From contig KV454011.1 of assembly GCA_001661245.1 (NCBI GenBank), positions 585,498-649,497 of the forward strand: a DNA stretch of 64,000 nt. Reading direction: 5' to 3'. A program made the position numbers and the translations under genes. The DNA is from Pachysolen tannophilus NRRL Y-2460. Lineage: Eukaryota. Below, in pieces: positions 1 through 10,022 of the stretch (position 1 is its first letter; every line of letters begins with the position of its first letter). The notes under the pieces were generated by a model that ran no database searches, had not been told where the DNA came from, and saw only the letters and a list, made by a program, of their open reading frames with translations.

Positions 1-37
1 AAGATCAAGACTAAATTATTGCTGAAAATAGTTTGCT

Positions 38-1612
38 ATGAAAAATCAAATTCCTGAAAGTGAGTCCATCAACAAAAATGAAAATATAAGAACGTTATCT
101 ACAATTGATGAGATTTATACATGTGTGCTTTTCAATGAAATTTTTTTAAAAGCTATTGAGTTTGCTAAGAGCATTGAGCTCGAAATCAAAACAGCTATAA
201 TAAATTTATTGTTTGTTCAAATTGATTCACTGATGGCTCTGGAATTACAAGAACTGTTGATTCTTGTCAGAAGTATGATTTCTTCTTTGAAAACAGATTC
301 ATATCCAAAATTTAAGGAATTTTCAAAAAATGATTTTATGTATTCAAAAATTATATTCGAAAGTGCAGTTAATAGGTTTCTAAGTGGATTTAAGGAAAAT
401 TTAATGAAAACTTTAAATAATTATAATAATAAGTTTAATAATAATCAAAATGAATGCTTTGATGATTATATTTTAGCTGAAAAATGTCATTTAATTTATA
501 AATTTGGAAATAGCTTGATCACACCGAGTCAACAAATAGAAACTCTTGTTGAACTTTTTTCATCAAATGAACCTATAGATTCTTTTGAAATTTTAAGAGA
601 AATTGAAAAAAATTTTAAAATTGATTTTACACAGATTTTATTAAAAAATATAAGAATATCATATATTACTACTACAATTATTCATTTAGAAGATGAAAAT
701 ATAAAAAACTTTAAAGATTTTTTTCATCGCAAGACATGTAAGGATACACTCGAAAATGATAATATATATGAGATGATTACGGAAAGCTATAATTCTTTTC
801 AAGATACTTTGGTCATTAAAAATAATTTTTTAGCTGAAAAAAATGATATTTTCAGGTTTTTACTTGAAAATGAGAAAACTGGAATTTATATGCTGGTTTT
901 ATATAAACAAAAACATGTTTTTCTACTGTTAGTTGGTTTAGGATTAGATTATGTCTGTTTACTTTCAAGTATTTTTTTGAAAGTTACAGGTATAATAGAG
1001 CTTTCAAATTATGAAATACTGATTCGAAGTTATTTTTCAGAAATATTAAAACTTTATCTGGAAGTAGAAGTTACATGGGAATTTCAAGCAAAATTAAGCA
1101 TTTTTAAAAAAATAAATTACAAAGTAATAAGCTCTTTAATTTATGCTCTGGAATCAAGAAATGTTTTTGATAAATATTGTTCAACCATATATGAAACTGA
1201 ACCTTTTAAATTTACTTCAAATTTTGATGCTTTACTTTGCGGAGAAATTTTTAAAATCCATAGTTTCCAAAATTCTTTTATTGATAATTTCCATTTATTT
1301 TTCGAAAAAGACCCATTAGATAATAATATGCTCTTAATTGTTGATCATGATAAAAAAAATTTTTATGAAAAATTTTTACAAATAAAGGAAATTTTTTTAG
1401 ATGAATTAGGAATTGGTTTGGAAAATAATCAAAACGAACATTCTGGGTTTGAATACTTTATCAACATTTACAAAGAAATAGCCAACAATAATACCACGAA
1501 CATCGACTTTAAGCAAATCACACCCTACCCACTTATGACCATGGATGAATTAAATGATATGCTTGATTCAATTACATCTGATACATGTACTACCACCTTA
1601 GCACCTCTTTGA
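38..1612 (+). CDS. Hypothetical protein (524 aa), no recognisable family
   Basis: Long uninterrupted ORF, in-frame TAG just upstream of the ATG; F/I/K/N/L-rich; no motif recognised. Confidence 0.55.
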   Translation: MKNQIPESESINKNENIRTLSTIDEIYTCVLFNEIFLKAIEFAKSIELEIKTAIINLLFVQIDSLMALELQELLILVRSMISSLKTDSYPKFKEFSKNDFMYSKIIFESAVNRFLSGFKENLMKTLNNYNNKFNNNQNECFDDYILAEKCHLIYKFGNSLITPSQQIETLVELFSSNEPIDSFEILREIEKNFKIDFTQILLKNIRISYITTTIIHLEDENIKNFKDFFHRKTCKDTLENDNIYEMITESYNSFQDTLVIKNNFLAEKNDIFRFLLENEKTGIYMLVLYKQKHVFLLLVGLGLDYVCLLSSIFLKVTGIIELSNYEILIRSYFSEILKLYLEVEVTWEFQAKLSIFKKINYKVISSLIYALESRNVFDKYCSTIYETEPFKFTSNFDALLCGEIFKIHSFQNSFIDNFHLFFEKDPLDNNMLLIVDHDKKNFYEKFLQIKEIFLDELGIGLENNQNEHSGFEYFINIYKEIANNNTTNIDFKQITPYPLMTMDELNDMLDSITSDTCTTTLAPL

Positions 1613-1665
1613 TGGCCCAATACCATCCTCATATATGGAACCTGGCTCAACTGAAAACCAGAATT

Positions 1666-1739
1666 GGTTTTGTGGTCTAGTTGGTTATGGCATCTGCTTA
1701 ACACGCAGAACGTCCCCAGTTCGATCCTGGGCAAAATCA
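1666..1739 (+). tRNA. tRNA-Val, anticodon AAC, intronless
   Basis: GGTTTTG...CAAAATC acceptor stem, A-box TGGTCTAGTTGG, anticodon arm TCTGC-TTAACAC-GCAGA, T-arm GTTCGATCC; nearly identical to the yeast tRNA-Val(AAC) as I recall it. Confidence 0.97.
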
Positions 1740-1740
1740 A

Positions 1741-1749
1741 TTTTTTTTT
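1741..1749 (+). terminator. RNA polymerase III oligo-T terminator of the tRNA
   Basis: T9 run immediately after the discriminator base. Confidence 0.75.
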
Positions 1750-1824
1750 AATTTTTTTTTTTTTTTTTTAATTTTTTTCAATTTTATTTTTTACTTTGAA
1801 ATAGCTCTCTCACGAACATACTGA

Positions 1825-1853
1825 GAAAAATTTTCCAGTTTTTAATATATAAA
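1825..1853 (+). promoter_or_regulatory. RRPE-like element plus TATA box upstream of the snoRNA host
   Basis: GAAAAATTTT at 1825-1834 and TATATAAA at 1846-1853, about 100 nt before the host exon 1 ATG. Confidence 0.4.
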
Positions 1854-1946
1854 TCAAAATCTTTTCACTTCTTAGTTAACGTTCTATTTTATTTATTTTT
1901 TTTTTTTTTTCTTCTTCTTCCAGTAAGCTATCACAACATTGAAAGA

Positions 1947-2258
1947 ATGAGCAAAGTAAGTACTTCTTTTTCATTTTAAGTTTACTTGATGCCAATGCTT
2001 TTAGTTTTTCATTTTAGTTTCCACTATTATTATTGATATGTTTGTTAATGATGATACATTTTTCTCAGCTCACTCAGAATATATATAATGCTGATAATTT
2101 TAACCTATCCAACATTCATCATATCTGATTAATCTTAACGTTTCAATGAAATAGTGATATTTACTTGATATCTATTATGTTCTAGGTGTAATATTCTTTA
2201 CAGTGAATGATTTAGACATACTAACAATTTTTTAATATTATTGATTTGATAGATTTAG
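1947..2258 (+). other. Spliced snoRNA host transcript with a 4-codon micro-ORF (MSKI*); intron 1956-2252
   Basis: ATG AGC AAA | GTAAGT 5' splice site at 1956; TACTAAC branch point 2219-2225; first downstream AG (TAG) ends at 2252; exon 2 begins ATT TAG. Confidence 0.75.
2044..2132 (+). ncRNA. SNR71: Box C/D snoRNA, snR71 orthologue (guide for 25S rRNA Am2946, yeast numbering)
   Basis: C box ATGATGA 2048-2054, D' CAGA 2075-2078, C' ATGCTGA 2088-2094, D box CTGA 2125-2128, short TTAA terminal stem. Guide CTCAGCTCAC (2064-2073) pairs with 25S GUGAGCUGGG; the D'+5 rule hits the A. The CCTATCCAACATTCATC segment matches my recollection of S. cerevisiae snR71. Confidence 0.88.
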
Positions 2259-2618
2259 AATTTTAGTTTTTTTTTTTCTCTCTTTCCAATAAAGAAGCTT
2301 TGAAACCCAAACTTGTGTTTACTTGTAGATATTTAAATTGAAACCTGTACAATCTCTGTAGCCTATGGATGCTATGATGAAATCTTTTTGTATATATATA
2401 ATTGGTGTTTTTTATTTTTTGGACGGGATTCCCAGGAAATTTCCCGCCTGGAGCGAGCTGTGATTTTGGGCGGTGAATCTGGGCTGCGGTTTCCCTCCAC
2501 CAAGAGTCTATGCAAATACATAGTTTTTCGAACACCAAAATAAATAAATATAATAAAAATTAACAACTAATTTATGAGTGATGATTAATTATCTTTTAAA
2601 CCAGGTAATTTAGGTGCG

Positions 2619-5042
2619 ATGTCCATAGATCTTGAAAATCTATCTCAAGATCAGTTATCCAATCCAATATTGTTGACTAAACAAATAAATCAGAAATTAA
2701 ATTCTCTTATAAGTGATTTAACAAGAGAATTCAAAGATGAAGATGATTTGATGTTATCTATTGAACAAGATCCAAACTTGATCTCGAATAAGGAAAAACA
2801 ATCTCAATATAATAGGGTTGATGTTAAATCGCTACATGACTTAAATTCTTTGAATGATGAGTTGATTAGAAACTTGGATCTCAGTAATAAATTGTGGGTT
2901 TTAAAAGGTTTTATAGATCAGTTATTTGAAGATTTGTCAATGAATGAATTCGAATCGATCTTGTTTAATTTAAATAAGTTCAAATTGAAGTTGAATGATT
3001 TGATTACAGAATTGAGTGATGAAGATGATGAAATCGTGATAATAAGCAAATTTCAAGCACAATTGTCAAATTTCGAAACAGAATTATATTCAAAATTAAA
3101 ATTCTTTGTTAATAACAACTATTTCAATTTTGATGAACAAAGTTTGGTTTTTAAAAATATGGTTGATCTTAATGATTATAGTCAATTAGAATATGCAGAA
3201 ATTGTCGATGTTCTTACTAGCAAGAAGGAATATAAAGAATATTCAGACTTGTTGAATATAAACTCAAAAATTGATAATTTGATTTTGCAACCATTTATAT
3301 CTAATGATCATTTTTGTCAATTAATTTATGAGAAAACCATCTCAAAAGATGATTTAGAATCTTATCAAATATCTCTAACAATTAAAAAATTAGAAACTAC
3401 AAAGTTTGGACCAATAAAGTATTGTCATTCTTTACTTAACTTGATCAATTTTATAAATGATTTAACGTTTTCATTTAAAAATTCAAAATTGGAGAAATCA
3501 CTTAAAAATTACTTGGTGAAATCAATTTTGAATGATTTAAAAGAAAAAATATTTAACGAGAACATTGAAATTTTGATCAACAATGAAAAGGATATCTTGA
3601 ACATTTTACAAGAAATTTCTAGCAAGATGGATCAAAGTAATTGGTTCAATAACCAGATTAATAATGAGCTAAGCAGCTGGCTAAATAATTTATTAGATTA
3701 CTGGTTGAATAAAAAGATCAGTGATTATACTATAACTTTAAAAAAATTTTTAGTCGGTGATTTATCTACTGTCAATTCGCTTGTGAATGAAATAATTGAA
3801 CATGACGAAAAACAATCATCTCATCAAGTTATCAAGACTAAAAACCAAAAAGAAATACAAGCAAACGAAACTAAAGTTGAAGAAGAAAAAGAAGAAGAAG
3901 ATATTGATGACTGGAACTGGGGAAACGATGACGAGGACAATGAGAATGATGAAATAGATACATCAAAGAAAAGCTTTACAGCTAAAGAAACAGATGAAAC
4001 AATTTCGAAAAATGTCAATACCTACTCTAATGAAGAAGAAAATGATTGGGAAGCATGGGATAATGATGATTTATTTGAGGAAGATGGAAACCTGATAGGA
4101 GACACCAATAAAAAGGAGACCTTACTGACAGTGAGCACCAATTCGTATAAAATAACAGGAATCCCAGCATATATATACGATAATTTTGTTGAGTCTTATT
4201 TGAATTCATCTATAAATTTATCCCCCTTATCTACGGTGATAAAAAAAAATACTGATTTGAAAAAATTGTTAATTTCGAAATTAGACCATGTAGTTGCTAA
4301 TTATTTCATAATATGTTCAAGGATAAATTATGGAGAAAGTTTCCAATCAGATTCCATTTATAAATCAAAAGTGTTGTTTTATAACGATTTTAGTTATTTA
4401 TTGGAATTGATGGAATCCAAGGAAAAGAATTACCTGAGTGATTTGCGTATAGTTTTAAGTTCTTTACAAGACTTGAACGAAAATTCTATGAACTTGATAA
4501 TAGAAAACTACAATCTACAATTAGAAAATGCATTGAATAGCTGTGATTTTGAAGATGAACTTGATAAAAATGACGAAGCTGAATTTATCAAAAATTTGCG
4601 AAAAATTTTCAAAGAAGAATTGTTTGATCAATTGTTGAATAACGAAAGTCAATATAATAAGGAATTAGTTGTCAGGAAAATGTTGAATGATAAAATTTTA
4701 CCAAATTTCTACAATCATTTATACAAAAAAATTTTGGATCTTAAAGTTATTTCAGAGTTAAATTCCGAAATTTTCTCAAATATAGTTCTTGAATTAATCC
4801 AATTACTTCCTCATAATTTAGAAATGCTTAATCCATTGTTGGTTAAAATATTGGAAAAATTGAAAATATTATCGAGTTTCTTAACTTCAAATTTGTCTAA
4901 CTTAGAAAATATGTTCAACAATGGGGATTTATATGCTTTTAACAACGAAGAGTTATTCAAATTAATTAATGCATTATTTGTTGACAGTGAAAAGAAAAGC
5001 GAGTTTTTTAATTATATTCAAGAAGTTAGATATGAAGAATAA
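2619..5042 (+). CDS. DSL1: Dsl1, retrograde Golgi-to-ER tethering complex subunit
   Basis: Helical protein with a central acidic Trp-containing COPI-binding loop (DDWNW, NDWEAWD) and a Dsl1/ZW10-type C-terminus (LYAFNNEELFKLINALFVDSEKK). Confidence 0.8.
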   Translation: MSIDLENLSQDQLSNPILLTKQINQKLNSLISDLTREFKDEDDLMLSIEQDPNLISNKEKQSQYNRVDVKSLHDLNSLNDELIRNLDLSNKLWVLKGFIDQLFEDLSMNEFESILFNLNKFKLKLNDLITELSDEDDEIVIISKFQAQLSNFETELYSKLKFFVNNNYFNFDEQSLVFKNMVDLNDYSQLEYAEIVDVLTSKKEYKEYSDLLNINSKIDNLILQPFISNDHFCQLIYEKTISKDDLESYQISLTIKKLETTKFGPIKYCHSLLNLINFINDLTFSFKNSKLEKSLKNYLVKSILNDLKEKIFNENIEILINNEKDILNILQEISSKMDQSNWFNNQINNELSSWLNNLLDYWLNKKISDYTITLKKFLVGDLSTVNSLVNEIIEHDEKQSSHQVIKTKNQKEIQANETKVEEEKEEEDIDDWNWGNDDEDNENDEIDTSKKSFTAKETDETISKNVNTYSNEEENDWEAWDNDDLFEEDGNLIGDTNKKETLLTVSTNSYKITGIPAYIYDNFVESYLNSSINLSPLSTVIKKNTDLKKLLISKLDHVVANYFIICSRINYGESFQSDSIYKSKVLFYNDFSYLLELMESKEKNYLSDLRIVLSSLQDLNENSMNLIIENYNLQLENALNSCDFEDELDKNDEAEFIKNLRKIFKEELFDQLLNNESQYNKELVVRKMLNDKILPNFYNHLYKKILDLKVISELNSEIFSNIVLELIQLLPHNLEMLNPLLVKILEKLKILSSFLTSNLSNLENMFNNGDLYAFNNEELFKLINALFVDSEKKSEFFNYIQEVRYEE

Positions 5043-5118
5043 ATGTATAGTACATACTTTTGTTTAAAAAAATTTAATCAGTAGATAAAAATTGTTATAA
5101 AAGAGATTAACTCTTTAG

Positions 5119-5946
5119 CTATTCATGATCGTTATATTTCAGTCTAATTGACCGTCTATCAATATCCTTGTAGTCTCTTTTTTCCTTATTAATCATTTTA
5201 TCCGAAGAATGATGAGTACTTCCATCTTCGTTATGTCTACGTGACGACGATTGATAGTGACGACTTCGATCATGATCATGACTATCACTATCAACCTGAC
5301 GATTGTGACGATGACGGTGGTGGTGGTGACGATGAATTTGGGGACTGCTCTTCTCTTCAACATCTTTAGACTCATTAAAAGTTTTAATTTTTTCTTCATT
5401 CAATGACGATGAAACCTCATCATTTGTGTTCAGTTTTTTTTCCTTTTTCACCAACTCTCCACAAGTCTCAATATATACTTTATCAATTGGTCTATCTCTA
5501 TCATCTACCTTTATACACGAAGACCATTCAATCAAATAATTTAGGTTCTTCACTACTCTTCCAATTATTGTATAGTTGTAATTTAGAGATGATAAATTAT
5601 CCAGTAAAGTTATGAAAAATTCAGTTGACTTGACCAGATCGTCATTAGTAGCTATTGCCAATAAACCTTTCTTTCCATATTGGAATTCCGTATTGAACTT
5701 GTCAAACTCCCCTTTATCAAAAATTGTGAGATCAGCAGGACCATCTTTGAGCGTCCCTCCTTGAATGATAAATTCTGGAGATATTACTCTAGATATCATT
5801 GCACCTTTATAAGTTATTGTCGACGACGACGAACAAAATTTATGAAATTTGGAAACTGAAATTGGATACTTGTCATTGAAAAGTTCCACTATTACCGTCA
5901 CCGAAGAAGAATCAGAATCTGTCTTAAAAGTTAAGAAGATTCGCAT
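5119..5946 (-). CDS. Divergent cyclophilin-type PPIase with His/Arg/Ser-rich C-terminal tail
   Basis: VELFNDKYP, YKG..ISRVI..FIIQGG, EFFITL, YTIIGRVV, DRPIDKVYIETCGEL cyclophilin motifs followed by a basic low-complexity tail. Confidence 0.8.
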   Translation of the reverse strand: MRIFLTFKTDSDSSSVTVIVELFNDKYPISVSKFHKFCSSSSTITYKGAMISRVISPEFIIQGGTLKDGPADLTIFDKGEFDKFNTEFQYGKKGLLAIATNDDLVKSTEFFITLLDNLSSLNYNYTIIGRVVKNLNYLIEWSSCIKVDDRDRPIDKVYIETCGELVKKEKKLNTNDEVSSSLNEEKIKTFNESKDVEEKSSPQIHRHHHHRHRHNRQVDSDSHDHDRSRHYQSSSRRHNEDGSTHHSSDKMINKEKRDYKDIDRRSIRLKYNDHE

Positions 5947-6092
5947 GTTAGTCTGTTATCTTTCAATAATACTGTTTGTAATTAAGTAAAGATAACATGT
6001 ACTTTTGTAGATAAAAAAAAAATAAATAAAAATAAAGCAAAAAATACCATGTTTTTATAGATAAATATATAAATCAAGAGAATAGGATAAAT

Positions 6093-7532
6093 ATGGACAG
6101 AACCACTAGGATACAGGACTATGAGTTGGAGAATTCGTTGCTAGACTTCTACTTCAACTCAATATTTTCATCTACTAATAGTAGTAATAAGCTATTTACT
6201 AGGAAGGAGTTGATGAATTTAATGATTAATTATGAAAGAAGTTACTACTCGAATCATATGTGTTGTACTGGAACGGTATCATCAATTGATGCTGAAAGTT
6301 TGAATATCTTGAACAGGGATAGCACCACCTATGTTGATATTCAAGGTTTAAGTTGGAATGATCCTGAACAAAGAGCAAATATTTTTAACAAGAGATCATT
6401 GTTTTTCAAAAGTTATACAAATTTTGAAAATTCTATAGAGATGTCATCTCATAATTGTACAAGATTACTGAATAGCAATAACGAGTATTGGTATTTTAAT
6501 AAGTTTTTCATAATACCCAACATGTATTTAAATCATTTTCAACTTCGAAATTTAGTAGCTTTTAATGAATTGAATGAGATCATATATGTTGAAAATAAGC
6601 TTAATCAAGTTGTTGGTAGTAGCGATTTTAATGTCAAAAGATTGAATCCTATAAATTCCAAGCAAGAAGTAATTTTTGCTTCAAATGATTTTTCTAATGA
6701 TTATGGGGATGAAGAATCTTTAAAAGTTTCTACTTTGAATTCATATAAAGATTTGGTTATAAGTGGGTTGTACAATGGTACAATTATAATTCATAATAAA
6801 GGTTCAGATTTAACGCTCAAGCATACTTTGACAACAAATCCTCAAGCGATAACAAATTTTATTGATATAAATTCGCAAGATAATGAATTACTTATATCTT
6901 CAAATGATGGGAAATTAAGGTTTTTTTCACTTTCTGTTTTAAAGACTTCAAGAGAAATAGATCTGGAAAACCCAATAAATTGTTTAACCAAAAATCCTTT
7001 AAATTATAATCAAATATTGCTAGCAGGGGATAGGCCAGAGTCTGTTATAATTGATAAGAGAAGCAACCGTGATTGTCTTGAGTTGACAGGGCATAGAGAC
7101 TATTCATTTTCATGTGATTGGAATCCAAATGGATATTTGGTGGCTACTGGAAATCAGGACAGTACGGTAAAGTTATATGATCTAAGGTATTTATCCAAAA
7201 ATAAAGAAGATGATAATAGCTTGAAAACTCTTGGAGGGAAATTGAAAGGAGCAGTAAGAAACTTAAAATTCGATTTGGATGGGAATTTTTTAGCATTTGG
7301 AGAAAGTTTAGATAACGTTTATTGTATTAATTTACAAGAAAATGAACTTAACTATCAATCGATAAATTTCATTGGAAAGATAACAGGCTTAAATTTCATA
7401 AGAAATCAAAACAATTTTGGTCAATTATTAAGCATAGGTATAAGTGATGAGTGCACTGGTGGCATCTTACAATATGCTTTCGAAAGTAGTAGTAAAGTGA
7501 TCGATTTATATAATGACGGCGAGTTCATTTAA
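6093..7532 (+). CDS. WD40-repeat protein (uncharacterised fungal HFQLRNL-type family)
   Basis: GHRDYSFSCDWNPNGYLVATGNQDSTVKLYDLR WD repeat; N-terminal HFQLRNLV motif. Confidence 0.8.
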   Translation: MDRTTRIQDYELENSLLDFYFNSIFSSTNSSNKLFTRKELMNLMINYERSYYSNHMCCTGTVSSIDAESLNILNRDSTTYVDIQGLSWNDPEQRANIFNKRSLFFKSYTNFENSIEMSSHNCTRLLNSNNEYWYFNKFFIIPNMYLNHFQLRNLVAFNELNEIIYVENKLNQVVGSSDFNVKRLNPINSKQEVIFASNDFSNDYGDEESLKVSTLNSYKDLVISGLYNGTIIIHNKGSDLTLKHTLTTNPQAITNFIDINSQDNELLISSNDGKLRFFSLSVLKTSREIDLENPINCLTKNPLNYNQILLAGDRPESVIIDKRSNRDCLELTGHRDYSFSCDWNPNGYLVATGNQDSTVKLYDLRYLSKNKEDDNSLKTLGGKLKGAVRNLKFDLDGNFLAFGESLDNVYCINLQENELNYQSINFIGKITGLNFIRNQNNFGQLLSIGISDECTGGILQYAFESSSKVIDLYNDGEFI

Positions 7533-7900
7533 ACTGGAATTAAGTAAAATTCTCTTTTTTTTTCATATATATAGATATATAGCTAATAGCTATCTGGGTT
7601 TAACGGTATAACGACTTGAAATCTTATCAACATAATATTCAACAACTCTAGTCTCTTCCTACTTAAGATGATCGGCAGAATGCTACCAGTAAAGAGTTCT
7701 TCTGGAACATCGAAGTATCCAACCACATCTTCAATTATTGAGACAATTTTGCCGGATTCGGTAAATTGAAGTGTAAAAAAATTATATAAGAATCTTTTAT
7801 TAATAATGTTCTTATTTAAATGATGATTAATTATTAATTTTATTTGAAGAGGAATTGCTATCTATTACTTTTGAATAGTATTTCTAGGATTTTAATAAAA

Positions 7901-8221
7901 ATGGCTGATCATCAATACCAATTCGATGTAACAATGTCCTGTTCAGGTATGTATAAAAGATATTTGGAAGCTGAATTCTTTACTTATTTTTCAAGATTTT
8001 TCTATAATATAATAATACTAACTAGAAATTTATATATAATAGGTTGTTCAAATGCGGTCAATAGGGTCTTGAACAAGTTACAAGGTGTTAAGAAAGTGGA
8101 TATTTCTTTGGAAAAACAGTCCGTTGACGTTGTAACTGATTCAAATACAACTTATGATGATGTTTATAAAGCCATAAGTAAGACTGGTAAGAAGGTTAAC
8201 AGTGGTCAAACTATTGTTTAG
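7901..8221 (+). CDS. ATX1: Copper chaperone Atx1; exons 7901-7946 and 8043-8221
   Basis: Intron 7947-8042 (GTATGT, TACTAAC 8016-8022, TAG); splicing restores YQFDVTMSCSGCSNAVNRVL and the C-terminal KTGK of the HMA domain. Confidence 0.95.
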   Translation: MADHQYQFDVTMSCSGMYKRYLEAEFFTYFSRFFYNIIILTRNLYIIGCSNAVNRVLNKLQGVKKVDISLEKQSVDVVTDSNTTYDDVYKAISKTGKKVNSGQTIV

Positions 8222-8398
8222 GTTTAAATTCATGGTTTAATATTTTTTAGTTAATCTAGGTTTTATGAAGTAACTAAGTTTAATAATGAAACTTTTTTTT
8301 TTTTTGTTTTTTGGTTTTTGATTTTATCACCTTTTAAGTGAAAGCTATATACAAATTAATAAGAAGGTGAGTGAGACTCCTACAAATATTTCACTTAA

Positions 8399-9748
8399 TT
8401 AACGTCTTTCGTTAAAAATAGCACTTTCAGTAGCTAAACCCAAGGATTTTTTATAATCGGCAACATTTTCCAATCTTCTCTTTCTACCTATTTCACCTGC
8501 TTTTGATAAGACTCCAATGACCAAATTTGTGGCTCTAATACTATCATCATTACAAGGAATAGGATATGTTAGTAAACTTGGTTCTGAATCTGTATCAACC
8601 AATCCGATTGTAGGTATTCTAGATTGGATTGCTTCTCTGATACAGTTTCTATTTTCTATTGGGTTCAAGATGACTATTAAATCAGGTTTAATTAAAGAAT
8701 CCAATTCTGCAGGTTCTAATTCTCTTTGTGTTGGTTTATCTTCCATATCAAGTTCATGTCTTGGCCAAATACCATTAATCTCCGTACAATTTGTAATACT
8801 TCCTGGAATCCATCTATTTGAAACATAATACCCATTTGTTCTCTTTGCTGCTTGTTCTAATGATTTTTTTTGGCCTTCTCTAGTTCCTAAAAATAAAATC
8901 AACCCACCTCTTTCAGCAATACCTTCAACAACTTTTGCAGCTCTTTTTAAATATGTTAATGTTTGTTCCAAATCAATAATATGTATACCTTTATATTCAC
9001 CATATATAAATGGTTGAGTAGAAGGTCTCCATAAAGATGTGGAATGTCCTAAATGACAACCTGCAGAAAGTAAAGTCTGAATAGACAATTTTGAAGGTTT
9101 AACAGGTTTTAAAACATCTTCATGAGGTAAATAGACATCTTCAATTTGAGAACCAAGTTTGGCCATATGTTTTGAATGCTGATGTTGACGAACAAATAAT
9201 TCTTGTTTTGAATATGGTCTATCCATAGGTGTAGAAACTAAATATGGAAATTTCCCCTTTGATGAAGAACCTGTTGTATAAGATGATGAAGAAATTGTAG
9301 AAATCATAGTATCATCTTCTTTAATTTCCCTCTTTGTGAAAAATTCTTGAAGAAAAGTTTCAAACTCATCTTCTAAATTCTGCCTCTTTGTAGGATCAAT
9401 TTTTTGTTCTGATATCATTCGATTAACATCTTGTTTTGAAAATTTTTCAACTTCCTCCAAATGTTTTATAGCAACTTCGTTTAATAACTTCATTCTTTCA
9501 ATCTCATATTCAATTTCCGACGAAGATCTCAACGAAGAATTGGAGCCAGAACTAGACACATCCAAAGAAACTGATTCTTGACCTTGTACTTGCTCATCCA
9601 CTGCAGCTGATGGAGATTTTGTGTCTTCATTTTCCTCGACTACCACTGAGGATTTGGTACTGTTGTTGAATCTTACAAAAGTCGGCCTCATATAATGACG
9701 CACAGAACCATATGCCCTCATCTTTGGTACAAAATTTCTCGGAAACAT
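8399..9748 (-). CDS. MRP4: Mitochondrial ribosomal protein uS2m
   Basis: [53 protein letters not shown]2 signatures; Arg-rich presequence; first ATG at 9748. Confidence 0.93.
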   Translation of the reverse strand: MFPRNFVPKMRAYGSVRHYMRPTFVRFNNSTKSSVVVEENEDTKSPSAAVDEQVQGQESVSLDVSSSGSNSSLRSSSEIEYEIERMKLLNEVAIKHLEEVEKFSKQDVNRMISEQKIDPTKRQNLEDEFETFLQEFFTKREIKEDDTMISTISSSSYTTGSSSKGKFPYLVSTPMDRPYSKQELFVRQHQHSKHMAKLGSQIEDVYLPHEDVLKPVKPSKLSIQTLLSAGCHLGHSTSLWRPSTQPFIYGEYKGIHIIDLEQTLTYLKRAAKVVEGIAERGGLILFLGTREGQKKSLEQAAKRTNGYYVSNRWIPGSITNCTEINGIWPRHELDMEDKPTQRELEPAELDSLIKPDLIVILNPIENRNCIREAIQSRIPTIGLVDTDSEPSLLTYPIPCNDDSIRATNLVIGVLSKAGEIGRKRRLENVADYKKSLGLATESAIFNERR

Positions 9749-9904
9749 CACCGCCCTATGAATCTATCTATACTATCTATATGAATATGAATGATTCCTC
9801 TTTAACTTATTTTTATTCAACTAACTCGTCCAAGAGACTTTTGAAAATTTTTGAATTTTTGAATTTTTTTTTTTTTTTGGTGAACAAAATTGAAAAATTC
9901 AATT

Positions 9905-9913
9905 GTCACGTGA
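9905..9913. promoter_or_regulatory. Cbf1-type bHLH site in the divergent promoter
   Basis: GTCACGTGA between MRP4 and the 10023 ORF. Confidence 0.45.
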
Positions 9914-10022
9914 AAGTTTTTTTTCACCAAAAATCCAAAATCACCAAATGGTGCAAAGTTGGCAGTTCAAACAGTTGATGAACTGGAGGAGTTGTAGTTT
10001 CAGTTGATGTAGGAGGAGGAGA

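Noticed and set aside
1525..1740. 71-aa minus-strand ORF
   Set aside because: Antisense to the tRNA-Val gene and the end of the first ORF; spurious.
2263..2566. Two short minus-strand ORFs (91 and 64 aa), and a possible SRP RNA helix-8 look-alike (GG-GAAA-CC-GCAGC)
   Set aside because: Non-ATG starts and no protein features; the SRP symmetric loop spacing and Alu motif are missing.
7844..7900. N-terminal extension of ATX1 in the ORF track
   Set aside because: TTG start; the ATG at 7901 has an AAAAATG context and matches Atx1 length.
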